This document shows, one piece after another, positions 37,371 through 51,829 of a stretch of DNA of 64,000 nucleotides (positions are counted from its first letter, which is position 1; each line of letters starts with the position of its first letter). The notes beneath the pieces were generated by a model that saw only the letters and a list, made by a program, of their open reading frames with translations, was not told where the DNA came from and did no database searches. The position numbers and the translations under genes are program-made. The stretch is from assembly GCF_006345805.1 (NCBI RefSeq), contig NC_043004.1:72912001-72976000 (forward strand), written 5' to 3'. Source of the DNA: Octopus sinensis (Eukaryota).

Positions 37371-39479
37371 GATGGATGTTTTTTCAATATTTTTCTCCCA
37401 TTAAATACAAATTTATTGAATTATGATACCGAAATAACACACGCGTGGTCCATTGGTGCAATATAAGCAACAACAAAAAAGTGTAATCCAAATTTTTACC
37501 CCCACTTCAATCAAGCGAAGCCGTGTGTGTGTAAGAAAAAACGTTTTGTAACAGAAAAGTATGCTATTAAAATGAGTTATCGTTTACATAACCGTTTCTC
37601 TAAATCACTGTGGATAAATGTTAGCAATGACCTTTTCAGGCTTTCCAGTATTTTAATTTATAAACAGAAACAATCAGGGGCAGGGAGTGGGATTGCAAAA
37701 AATTCATGATTTTTCAAATTTTCTTTTCTTTAGCATATAAATGTACTTATGGGGAGGAAAATAGTCAAAAACATCAATACATACGAGAGTGATAAAGAAA
37801 CTTAGAGGGTTGTGTTGTGATGTGCTAGAAATAACAGCCAAATCTCCCTTAAATCACTCACTTTTCCCTCTCAAAATATTTACAATTTCTGGGGGGGGCT
37901 CTTTTTACCGAAGTGGCTCCTCACATAGTTTTGAAGTACAACAAAAATTGGTCAAAATAGGTCCGGAGTGGGTTGATGGGGGAGGGGGAGATTTTAAAAA
38001 CTTTTTCTCAAACAAAGATGCTCTCATCCCTACCCCATCATTTGTGATTAAAAAAAAAAGACTGTGATTTAAAAAGAAATCAGAGTAGTTCTAACATATT
38101 TGGTCTTCCTGATACGAAACTCCTCTCCCCACGCCCTCGGAAAAAAATTTTCCCCACACATTTCTTTATAATCGTGATCTATGCTCTTTTAAAGATATTT
38201 GTATAAACTTTCATTAAAATATACCCATTGCTGGATGTTATGAGGGGTAAAAGTCGGATCGCATGAATTTTCCCAAACTCCTCCACACCTCGGAAAAATT
38301 CTTTTCCATATATCCCTACAAACTCTAAAGCCACAGCATCTAAGTGGTATTTGTAAAAAACATTCGTTAAAAAGTATTCATTTCTGTGGATGTTATGAGG
38401 CAGCAAAGTCAGGGGTGTATATATCTGTAGTTATGTCCTTTTATTTATACGGTTGTTTTCATTTCATGTTTATTTCATCCATTGTTTGTTTTCTCTCTCA
38501 CACACACTGCAAACCTTTCAGACGGGCTGCTGAATTGAAACCTCTATATTGCTTTGAGGGGAAGGTAAAGCTTAACAAAGTTCCCCCTGCGTAGTTGGGC
38601 TACCTTGATGTTTGTTTAAAAAAGAGAGCTTATGACTGTGATAAAATAATGTAAACAGCATTTACTAAGAAAGTGAGCAGTATTATACAAAGGAATAATT
38701 AGACCTAAAGTATAAAAATTATTAGAAATGGGAACCAAATGTGAAAAAGATTATCAAATGAAAAAGATTATCAAATGACAGAAAACTTTCTGCCAGTATG
38801 TCTAATCGCAGTTTGATGCATACATACCTTAAATAGGTTTCACTTCTTACATAAAACCTAATGCTAACCACTTATTACAGTGTGTTGTGCATGTTATAAA
38901 GTAAATATTCAACTTTTCTTCTAGATTGTCATCTTGGTCTCCTAGTTGACTTATGTAATTCAGTTACAATACATATAAACATAGGCGCATACCTCATGCA
39001 CTCATATCTACTTATATTTATGCATATGTATGTAAGTCTCGCGCTGATCTAAAATAACATTTTAATATCCATAAATTAGACAAGACAAACAACACTGTAT
39101 CGTTTGAGGTGAGACATATTTGCACGGTTTGTAATGCAAATTTCAGACAGCTCTCGAGATTCAAAAGCCACTTACGTGCTCGTGCATGTTTTGGGGTTCA
39201 TATCCACTGCGCGAAACTTTGAGCATGTCTCTTTTATTATAGCCCCGGGCCGACCTTGTGAGCGAAATTGGCAGAGAGAAACAAATCATCTTGTTAGTAA
39301 GAAATTGCAGAACACTCAATTGTCGTCTACGACAAGAGAATCCATGTGTATATATATATATTTATATGTGTGTACGTGTGTATGAGTCTGTGTGTGTGTG
39401 TGTGTGTTTGTGTATGAGTTTCTGTATGTGCGTGATCTCCATGTGTGTGTCTGAGTATTTGAGTCTTCGTGGTTATATT

Positions 39480-40100
39480 TGTTCTCCATCAAAGCTTAAC
39501 AGCAGGTTTTGGTTTATTTTACGCCCTGTAACTAAGTAGTTCAGCAAAAGATACCGATACAATAAGTACTAACCTAAGAAAATACATAGTGCGCTCGATT
39601 TGTTCGACCAAATCCTTCAAGGCGGTGCCCTAGCATGGCCGCAGTCCAATGACCGAAACAAGTAAAACTTAAAAGAAACGTTTAGGTGTGGCTGTATGGT
39701 AAGAAGTTTGCTTCCCAACCACAGGGTTCTGGGTTCAGTCCCACTGCGTGGTACCTTGGGCAAGTGTCTTCTACTATAGCCTTGGGCCGACCAAAGCCTT
39801 GTGAGTGGATCTGGCAGACGGAAATTGTGAGCATGTGTGTGCGTGCGCGTGCGTGTGTTCGTGTGTGCGTATGTGCGTGAGCGTGTGCGTGTGTGCGTGT
39901 GTGTATGTGTGTGTGCGTGCGCACACGAGCGCGTGTGTGTGTCTTTGTACCCTAACCATCGCTTGGCAACCAATATTGGTTTGTTTAAGTCCCCGCAAAT
40001 TAACGGTTCGGCAAAGAGTCCAATAGAATAATGATTTCTGCGACTAAAATCCCATTAAGGTGGTGCTCCAGCATAGCCGCAATCAAATAACTGAAACAAA
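39480..40100 (+). mobile_element. Two adjacent SINE family B copies (a right half, then a full copy)
   Basis: Family B motifs at 39480-39670 and 39680-40100. Confidence 0.85.
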
Positions 40101-40355
40101 TAACATAATAACAGAACTGGTTAGCCGTGAGAAATATTTTTCTTAATTTTTCCCTGTAGGGTCTGGAGTCCAATATAGGACTTGCAAGCGGGTAACATAG
40201 TTAGAACCACTGCTGTTTTGGCTCTTTATTTTCACATACTTTCTTCAATGTTTTGCTTATAACGTTTTTGCCCCTTTGGCAGATAACAAGAACAGAATAT
40301 TTTCTCCATTAAATTTTAATTATTAATTATTTTCTTTTACTTCCTTTATTTTCAG

Positions 40356-40675
40356 CGGTGATCATACAAATTCTGTCCCGCGAGAAAGAAGGTGACAACT
40401 GGGTGAAATTCGCTATCAGCGTTTTATCTGTGATGAAGCGGACAAAAACGAATATCCATAGAGGGCGTTCGGTGATGTGGATCTCCAGAAGAGATTTAGG
40501 CTGCAAGTGTCCGAAGATACGCATCGGTAGACGACACATTCTACTGGGGAATTCGGCTGGAGGCAATGAGAATGGCTACATCATTAACTCCCGTAGCATC
40601 ATTCTGCGCTGGAAGAAAAGATGGCACAGAAGAATTCGCAAGTTTATTAAATATGACAATAGAAGGAAATGTTAA
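40356..40675 (+). CDS. Netrin: Netrin terminal coding exon (NTR/C345C domain to stop)
   Basis: Acceptor TTCCTTTATTTTCAG. CG completes Ala from the previous exon, then [25 protein letters not shown]...[11 protein letters not shown]...[15 protein letters not shown]...KC-TAA. Collinear with the netrin-1 C-terminus (AVQIHIL...WWKF...DIACKCPKIK...IQWRDTWARRLRKF...KC). Completes the six NTR cysteines. Confidence 0.96.
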
Positions 40676-40721
40676 CTTGAGAGATGATGTATGTATGCAT
40701 GTATGTATGTTTGTATGTATG

Positions 40722-40780
<59 letters not shown>

Positions 40781-40951
40781 TATGCATATATATATATATA
40801 TATATATAATATATATATATACGTATATATTTATACATATATATATATATACATACATACATACATACATACATACATACACGATCATGGCAGTAAATAT
40901 AATAATTATAAATATATAGAATAAAGACTGGAGAGTGCAAGACTTATATAC

Positions 40952-41003
<52 letters not shown>

Positions 41004-41224
41004 CATACATATTTTATAACATGTGTGTATATATTCCTATATACACAGATATGAATATATACACATATATGCATATAAACATAATATATATATATATGTA
41101 TATATATATATATTTATATATATACGTATATATATATATATTCATGTATGTATATGTATATATATATGTATATATATATATGTATATATATGTATATATA
41201 TATGTATATATATATCTATATATG

Positions 41225-41258
<34 letters not shown>

Positions 41259-42037
41259 TATATGTTTATATATGTAAACGTACATGTATGCAGATATACA
41301 TACATGCATACACGCAATGACGCCGCTATAACGATATATAACAACGTCACGCATACATTTACATATACACCGTACACATATGTATATGATAAATAATAGC
41401 AACAACAACTACTACAACAGTACAATAACTACAATACAAAAACAATAAATACCTAAATACCTGAAAATACAACACATAATAATATTAACAACAAACATAC
41501 CGACAACGATAACAAATTCTATATGGGCAAGAGATGTAAACTAGTATGATATGGATCGACTTTACAGATTATATGCAAAATGTGTTTAATACTCACCCTC
41601 ACATTTATTATTTATTTGTACACCTTGATCGAGATCGAATTTTATGTTATAGAACTGTTATCTGGATAAGTTAGTTGGGTATATAAAAGAGACGGGAAAG
41701 TATTTTTGCAGACATAGGAAAACAATACATCTATGTAGCTGATACATGATTGCTTGCGGTAAAATATGCTGATATTCAAAACTGAAATCATTATTTGTGG
41801 GTATGGGTTTGGCTAAGAAAAAGAGTGATAAAGCTGAATGATACTTCAGAACAATACAACTATATGATTAATACAAAACAAATCATGAAATACTTTAGGT
41901 AGAAAGTAACGTGACTATGTAAAGTATAATGAATACAAGCTAATGCACACATATGCATGTACACGTGTACACGCATACCCGCATACCCTTGCATACACTT
42001 ACATATGTACACATACCCTCACCCGAACATAATAATG

Positions 42038-42087
<50 letters not shown>

Positions 42088-42088
<1 letters not shown>

Positions 42089-42242
42089 TGTGCAGTGCAC
42101 TACTAGGCACTGCACACATCCTACGCAGAACACTTTCCATACAATAACCATCAGAGCATCACAACAAATCACAGCACATACCCAAGGCACACAGAGCTGC
42201 GCTCGGTAGTGAAGTGAAAGCACGCTATAAAAATAAACTACA

Positions 42243-42246
<4 letters not shown>
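42088..42246 (+). mobile_element. R4/Dong-type LINE extreme 3' end, copy 1, within (TAA)n
   Basis: ALLGTAHILRRTLSIQ* plus 3' UTR, flanked by (TAA)n on both sides. Confidence 0.85.
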
Positions 42247-42272
<26 letters not shown>

Positions 42273-42273
<1 letters not shown>

Positions 42274-42562
42274 TCTGGAAATAGAGGGTAACCAGAATGT
42301 GGAATCTAAAAACAGAAACAATCCTATCATAGTAGGTGCATTAGGCATGATAAAAAAATATTCAGACAAATACATAACAAAAACACCAGGACTTAAAACA
42401 TATAACATACAGAAATTGCACTGCTAGGCACTGCACACATCCTACGCAGAACACTTTCCATACAATAACCATCAGAGCATCACAACAAATCACAGCACAT
42501 ACCTAAGGCACACAGAGCTGCGCTCGGTTGTGAAGTGAAAGCACGATATAAAAATAAAACTA

Positions 42563-42566
<4 letters not shown>
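42273..42566 (+). mobile_element. R4/Dong-type LINE 3' end, copy 2, within (TAA)n
   Basis: LEIE.TRMWNLKTET..PIIVGALGMIKK...IALLGTAHILRRTLSIQ* plus a near-identical UTR, followed by (TAA)n to 42630. Confidence 0.88.
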
Positions 42567-42631
<65 letters not shown>

Positions 42632-43346
42632 TTCTAGAAGAGGCACAAGGCCTGAAATTTTAGGCTCAACTGGTGCTCAGCTATTACCTATTTCGTTGAT
42701 TGTGAAGAGATGAATAGCAAAGTTGACCTCGGTGACATTGCAATTAGAATGTAAAGAGGCGGAAGAAATGTCGCATTTTGTCCGGCATTTCGTCCGTCCT
42801 TATGTTCTGAGATCAAATTCCGCCGAGGTTGACTTTACCTTTCATCCTTTCAGGGTCGATGAAACAAGTACCAGTTGAGAATTAGGAGCGATGAAATCCT
42901 CGAGCCGTCTCACTCAAAATTTTAATTATAATTACAGGATGATTACGATTATAATAGTGATGTGAAATTAAAAGGATTCATACGATATGAGGTGTCTAGG
43001 TTATAAAATGGGGTGCAAAAAGGAAATGTGTATAGACATATGTGATTCCATACGTCTGTTTAAAAAGCAAAGGGGTTTCGTTGATAGGGTGTGAAATGCG
43101 GTGTGTGAGTGTGTGTCTCGGTATGTTGGGTGATGGTGAAGAGCCAGGTTGTTTATCTGTGCGTTTCTTTGTTTTCATACTCACACACACACACATACAC
43201 GAACATAAACAAGCATGTACATATGCATACAAACTTTCATATGTATATACATGTTTATATAGACATACAATCATACATATATGTATAAATATGTATAAAT
43301 ATATGTGATTATACATACACTTATTTATGGTATGTATATATATATA

Positions 43347-43386
<40 letters not shown>

Positions 43387-43707
43387 TAAAGATATATATA
43401 CATACAGATGTGGGTGAGTGCGCGCGTGCAAAAGTGGCCCTAAGTGCAGAACTATAAACAATACTGAAAGAGAGGAAAGATATATATATATACATATATA
43501 TGTACATATATGTATGTATGCATGTATGTACGTATGTATGTATGTATGCATGTATGTATGTATGTATGCATGTATGTATATGTATATATGTATGTAAGTA
43601 TATTCATGCATAAGTAGTTACACATACAAATGTACAAATAGTTAACAGACATACGCCTACGTATTGTTTATTTAACATGCATGTATTTCATGTCTGCGCA
43701 CATATAT

Positions 43708-43750
<43 letters not shown>

Positions 43751-44263
43751 ACACAATGCACATGACTCGCACGCACAAACACACACAAATATGTACAAAG
43801 CAATATATATATCTGTGCATGTAAGACTTACTCCATTTACAGTCGTCCACATATATGATTTTTTTATATGCATATTGCAACAGATGCACATGCATAAATA
43901 AGAATGTGTGTGCATGTGTGTTTACATAAATATATTTGTGCACATGTTTAGGCGTACAATAAGTACATGAACATATATTATTCTGAAATCTCAGTGGATA
44001 AACACACATATACATACCGCAGAAATATAATACACACGCACGCACGCACGCAAAGACATGCATACTTACATATTAATATGCATGTTTATACATACAGACA
44101 GGTATGTGTTGTGTTTACGTGGGCAAGAATAGACTAGTATATACATGTATATATGTGAGCATGTATGTGTGTAGTATACATATATAAACATATATATGTA
44201 TACGTATATGTATGTATATGTATATATATTATCGTCTTTTGTTTATTTTCATAAAGCTTCCCG

Positions 44264-44306
<43 letters not shown>

Positions 44307-44639
44307 ATATATAGGTATGTATATATAGTCATATATATTTATATAAATGTATTTATGTTTTTGTCGTGGTACATACATACACAACATATATATGCATATA
44401 TATGTATGCATGTATTATGTATGTATGTAAACATATTTTGTGTGTTTGGTGTGTGTGTGTGTATGTAGGTGTGTGTGTATGCGTGTGTTCAGATGCGAAC
44501 ACATGCCCGAGTTTGTGTGCATGGCATGTATGCTCGTGCGTATAGGTCAGTGGTGTGCGAGTACGTCTCTTCTCCCCTCTCTCTCCCTCTCTCTCTTCTC
44601 TTCCTTTTTCCCGCTCGCTCTTCCCCCTCTGTATATATC

Positions 44640-44689
<50 letters not shown>

Positions 44690-44835
44690 TATATATATAT
44701 CACGTGATCACGTGACCGACCAGACCATCAGATGTTGCTACACAGCTAGTCACAATGCGTTTGCATTGTTTTAGCCTTCGAATGACGTGCGTCTGTAAAT
44801 ATACACATATATATGTATACAATGTAAATAAATAT

Positions 44836-44867
<32 letters not shown>

Positions 44868-44883
44868 GCAGACAGACAGACAT

Positions 44884-44927
<44 letters not shown>

Positions 44928-44929
44928 GC

Positions 44930-44980
<51 letters not shown>

Positions 44981-45440
44981 GGGATACAGAGATATAGAGA
45001 TAGATAAACGTATATGTATATATATGTACATATAAATATGTACATAGACATAAATATACTTTTATATATACATACATATATACACACATACATACATATA
45101 TACATACATATATGTATAAATATATATATATATACATATATTATAAATATATATATACATATACATATATAAAACATATATGTGTGATTTGTATATGTGT
45201 GAGGAGACTGGGTCATAAATCAACATAAGTATATGTTTAAACAATAAAAGATAATAAAACCAGTTTAAACCCTGTCATTAAATGACGATTAATGAACTAA
45301 TCCACAAGATAATCCTTACAATAATTGAGATTTAAATACTTCAAGGATGCCGATAATATTTAAATACTGAAAATAATGCCTCCCCATACAAGGATGCAGT
45401 GATGTATATATATTATATATATATATATATTATAATAATA

Positions 45441-45483
<43 letters not shown>

Positions 45484-45703
45484 ATGTATATATATATACA
45501 TATATAGTTATCCGGTTGCAAACACAAAAGGGTGGCCATTCTAAAAAAACCTACCCGATTGAGAGAAAGACTAAAACACGTAGATAATAAGTGGATGATA
45601 GGGCGAACAAACGTTTGTGTATATATGTATGTATATGTATATACACACACATGCACACATATATACATATATATATATATATGTGTACACATATATGTAT
45701 ATA

Positions 45704-45815
<112 letters not shown>

Positions 45816-46202
45816 TGTACATATGTATACATATATTCATATATTTATACGTATTTTGTTTGTGAATTCGTTTGTGTATGTGTACGTCTATGTATGCAAA
45901 CACATCCCTTTATACAGGTCCAGGTCTGGTGTTTCATGAACATAAATATATATTTAAACATTCATATATCTTAGTACACTGTTTATTTGTTATTATATAA
46001 AATTGTTTACAATACATACATTTACACACGCATTATTTTTAATCTTCCAATATAGTTATTCATTAAAATTTAATTAAACTTTTAGAAATTTCGATTTACT
46101 TAAAAGTTCGTTTCATAACTATGTGCACAATGCATATATGCATATCTACATACCTACATACATACATAGATACATATATACATACATACATATAATAATA
46201 TA

Positions 46203-46237
<35 letters not shown>

Positions 46238-47194
46238 ATGTTCTTAAATATTTTTGTTATGAATTTCCACGCTTATGAAAATTTACGATGGGTCACTTGG
46301 ACAAAATTTCTGTTTAACTTATAAAGGGGAAAAAAAAAGAATAGATTATGAAAGTGACCCTAATATATCAACTAATGTCCATCGATATGGAATTCAAAAG
46401 GCTTAATGACAAATAGTGTATAAATATGCACATCGATCAGGCATTGAGACATTCTATATCCGTCTTTCTTTTGTTAACTCATAACGGTAGCTACAACAGT
46501 TTTGCTATCATTCACAGGCTACGCAAGAAAAGCTGGTTTTATAACAATTTTTCCAACAGAGAAGTTAAACGTAAGCTATTATGCTTCTATTTCATATGGC
46601 TCGATATATATTACGATATCAGAATGATTTTTGAGGTAAAAGCATTGCAGCAGTGAAGTTCAATAGAGGTTTAGAAGCAGAAACAATGCAATTATTAAAG
46701 AAAAAGCATTGGATCTTTTTATAGGTTTGCGTATGTGTAGTTTCGACCTCAAAAAGAAGAAAACAGTAAAACAAAGATGTACAAGAATGAGAGAAAAAAA
46801 TTAAATAAGGAAGCAAGCACAATAATATTCAACTGCTGCCGAGACCAGAAACATAAAAATGTTCTTATATATATATATGCGTGTGTGTATACATACATAT
46901 TTACATACATAGATGTATGCATGTGTGTATATATATATAGATGAAAGAGTTGGTATGTGAAAGCACGTGGTTGGATGTATAAAAGACAAAAAAGAGTGAA
47001 AAACTACAGAAGGCTTGTGTTATATTGTTAAAGAATATATTTAAATCGTTATGTAAGAAAAATGTTATAAAATTTTGCGTATAGTGACATTGTTTTTAAC
47101 GCAAAATTTTATAAAAATTTTTCTAACATAACAATTTAAATATATTCTTTAACAATATTAACACAAGCTTCTCTAGTTTTTTCACTCTTTTTTG

Positions 47195-47245
<51 letters not shown>

Positions 47246-48705
47246 TGTATGTATGTATGTATGTATGTATATTATACATACATACATAATTAATTCACAC
47301 CAACAGGCATACATATCCACATACATATACATACGTATACATACACATACATATAAGTACAAATATAATCTTTGGAAAATGCATTTGAAATCATATAAAC
47401 TAAATTAACAATTTCGACAGCTCATTATACTAATCCAACTTTGGAGTGGAAATGTCCCTTCAATGCAATATGGCTACAAACAATGTTAATCTATATATTA
47501 CTAAGCGCCGGTATAAATCGGCATTTTCTCTTTATTTATTTATATATTTATTTTTTGGATACTACAAATCATATATTTACTGATTCTTCAGGGTTTTTTT
47601 TTTAAAATATTTATTCCGTTGTTTTTCTTTCTATTATTTGTATCTCCTCAAATTTTCTGAACGAAGAGTCTACAACTCTATCTAGCATTGCATACTTGCT
47701 TAAGGGATTTTGCTACTCGAAAATCCCAGATGGACTACAACTGAATTAAATCTTACAATGGCTGAGCCGTACCCTCTTCAACGTACCAACTGACAATACA
47801 TAAAATAGATATACGTATATATGCATTTACTGCTTAGAAATAAAAATCTCACTTATGGTAGAAAGTGTAAAAATACCATATCTGTCCAGTGCTGTCTACT
47901 GTCGGTTTCCAGGATGCTACGTTTCTGGCTCTTTAATCTGGGCAGCACTGATCAAATACTGTATTTTTACATCCTTTATCATAAGAGAGAAATTTTTTTT
48001 CCTCCAGGGTAACTGCAGTGAATTTGCTATTAGATGTTGAAATAAGTAACAACATATTTTAACTAACCTAAAGTTTGCTTGGCGCTGTTACTGATTAAGA
48101 TATATATATATATAAACATATTTATATATGCATTCACACATACACGCGCAATTACTAGCCAACGCACCTAGCGCAAATGCATAATATATAAATATTTATA
48201 CGGTCTTATGTATCTGATAAACACACACACGCACGCACACACACATACACACAAATGTTTACATATACATAAAATATTCGCGAGAATATACGTATCCACA
48301 CACATATGTACGCAGAAATGCACACACACAGACCTTGAACATGCATGCATGGAAACACCCTCGTTCATACGCACACACATACATACATGGTGTTGCACTT
48401 TGAGGCGTTATTTCGTTACTGAAGCACACGCTGAGTTGTTTCTGAACAGCGGTTCTCTTTTCTATAGACATGTAGTTTACTGAATCTGAATGTTCACCTC
48501 CCGACTTTAGTTTCATGCCACTGCGATCTTCATGCGAGAATGTTCGGAAAAGTTGTGTTTAGAGATAAACGTTCAGCTTCAATAAACCATATACCCTACA
48601 ATTTGTACTGATCACTCATCTCTCATTTGTTCAACAAAATTGAATACGTTGTATATATATATATATATATATGAATGTATATATATATAAACATATATAT
48701 ATATG

Positions 48706-48767
<62 letters not shown>

Positions 48768-49921
48768 TGTATGTATGTATGTATGTATATATGCACGCTT
48801 ACATACATATGCTTGTATGTATGTATATATATTTGTATGTGTATGTTCTGCATGTGTGAATATGTCGAAAGCTGATGTTTGCAATAAGACGAGATTAATA
48901 AGATATTGTACTTACGTTTTGACTACAGTGAAATTTTTTTTAATCTTTGAAATCATTGGCGACACAACAATGTCAGGAATACTTCTCCATTCTCCCTAAG
49001 TACAATATATCTGCCATATCCCAAATGAACATATCTTGAAAGGATACATATCTAAAAATTTTTAAAAAGGACAAAAAAAATTGAATATGTTTTGTTCGAC
49101 CGTAAATTTTTCACTTGTGAATTCATGGATTTGAAAATCAATTAAATCATAAATCGAAGACTGATAACTTGAAGAAAAACAAAACAGAAACAGACACATT
49201 AACAAAGATCAACAATAAACGACATCAAGCAACAACAAACAACGGTCACTATAAGAAAATGAAACAAAAAAACAAATTAAAGCAAAAAATAAATATGATA
49301 AAAAAACGAAAGGAAAGAAGAATCAAACTTATGTCGATTTAGTAATTAAATTTATGACTATAATTATGATGAGAAACTTCTGCTCCTTATTTTAAGCACC
49401 CAGGCAAAAATATTCCCAGCGTCTGTGAATATACACATCGAATGCACAACCTTTATTAAATACTGGCAGCGAACGTAATGGCTGCTATTTCGTGTTTCAC
49501 TTCTTATGTAGAATGTTTTATCCTACCCTGTCCTCACTGAACAATATATTTAGCAATCCCATGATGCACCATATATTACGATGTTTCTTCTGTCTTTCCA
49601 TTAAATGAGAAACACCTAATCTGGGAAGAAAACAAAATGGCGATCTTGAATACTGCAAACGTCGGCCATATTGAATGAATCAAACAGCAACACTCTTGCG
49701 TATTGTATAAACAATGGCCGTTCTAGACTAAACGGTGGTCATTTCGGATCAGACAACGGTTATTTAGGATTACACAGCGGTCATCTGGGATCAAGCAAAG
49801 ACCATGTTTTTTTTTTCGTGATTGATTCACTTTCTAAAATACAGGGCATTTATTAATCGCAGTATTTTTGAGTAATAACATTTTTTAAAGATATACATAT
49901 GTATGTATATGTATATATGTG

Positions 49922-49974
<53 letters not shown>

Positions 49975-50073
49975 ATATACATATGTATATATAAGATATA
50001 TTTATGTATGTATAATGTATATACGTATGTATATATATATATATATATATATATAAATATATGTATGTATATA

Positions 50074-50125
<52 letters not shown>

Positions 50126-50365
50126 GCGTACATACATACTTGTATGTATATGTATATATACATATATATTCCCCTAGTTCCAATTGCTTAGAAACTTCAA
50201 TTTACCCATCCCTTTAAATTCCTTAGAACGAAGTATCCCTGAATTAGAGACATTTAAAGAGTATCATTTTGGTAGGGTTGTATGTATTATCTATTATCTT
50301 TCTTTTGTTATTCCTCTTCTTACCAAATGCACTTTAATTGGTTGTGCTTTTTGTAAAATAAAAAC

Positions 50366-50398
<33 letters not shown>

Positions 50399-50517
50399 GA
50401 TTTAAAATTTATGAACGTGTTAGATTTATTAATTTTTTTACGTCATGTTAACTTATTGTACTTGTTTCAACTCTGTAACTAATAAAACTTTGTCTCCCTT
50501 ATATTATATATGTGTAT

Positions 50518-50554
<37 letters not shown>

Positions 50555-51829
50555 ATGACTTTAGTCGATATTATTGTTTATTATTTTTATTTAATGCTTT
50601 TTTCTAATATATATATGTCATTCTTTTGTATTTACTGGTTTATAGCTTCTAATTACTTTGAGAGTCATTTACCACTAGCTCGAATGCTACCTAGCACAAT
50701 CCAAACGGGGAACCCTATATGCAATGCTCAGGCTGCTAGAAGTAGCAGCCAAATCTCCCATAGATAACATCTTACTTTGTTGAATGGAAAGTGGATTTAT
50801 AGTTAAAGAAAATAACTGGAAATTCACTGATAGAACTCCTTTGTCTATTATATGGGGCCAGACATGGGGCTAAACAAGACAACAACAACTAACGATATAA
50901 ATCCAAGGTAACAACCGTACTTCCTATATATATAGCAGCTAAATCCCGTCTTAAAAAGATATTGGGTAATATCACTGTACATATGCAGTCAGAAAGTAAG
51001 ACATGATAATCATGGCTTGAATATCTTTGTTCATATGTTTCCTCAATCAGCACGAATTTGGTGGTTAATAAACAACAATAACAACTAGTTCAATTTTTTA
51101 AGTTTTACTTTTTACACTAGTTTCATTGTAATTTAATGATGTTTCTGTCATCTTTTCCAGAAATGTTAGCCAAATTTTCAAACTAGTTTTTTCTACAACA
51201 TTGCCTTGATTATAATATAATGACTCATTGTTTTTCCAGATATGTGTATTTCCAGATATGTTTTTCCAGATATGCGCGCGCGCGTGTGTGTGTGTGTGTG
51301 CATTCGTGTTTATGTCTGTCAGTATGTATGTGTGTGTGTATTTATGTGTGGAAGTGTGTATGGTTTCGTTCAATCCTCCATTGAGAGACAATGTGAAAAT
51401 AAATATAGCCATGCACTTTCTAAATCTGGGAGCATTTACGCACATAACACAATTACTCCCAACGATTTAACTGGTAAAATCTAAGTACCAGCTAGTGTTA
51501 CGTTACTATTTAGGCAGAGGATATCATCACAAATAGTGGGCGCTCAAGACTACCCTAACATGCGTAAGACCTTGAAAATCTTCTGCCAGTCATCCGAAAT
51601 CCTTTAACCTAAATAGCAAGTAAGATAACGGAAACTATCAAAATACTGATTTATGTCCTTTCGATAATTTAGGACAAGTTGCCTCTCAGACCCATGAGAT
51701 TTACAATTCCTTAGGTTACGTGTGTAAACTATGAGGGCAGTTTCAAAAGCCGGTACTTAATCCGTAAGTCCACCTTGAAACACTTTTCACAAATTAAACT
51801 TCATTATCATACGTTCTATGTTTCCAAGC

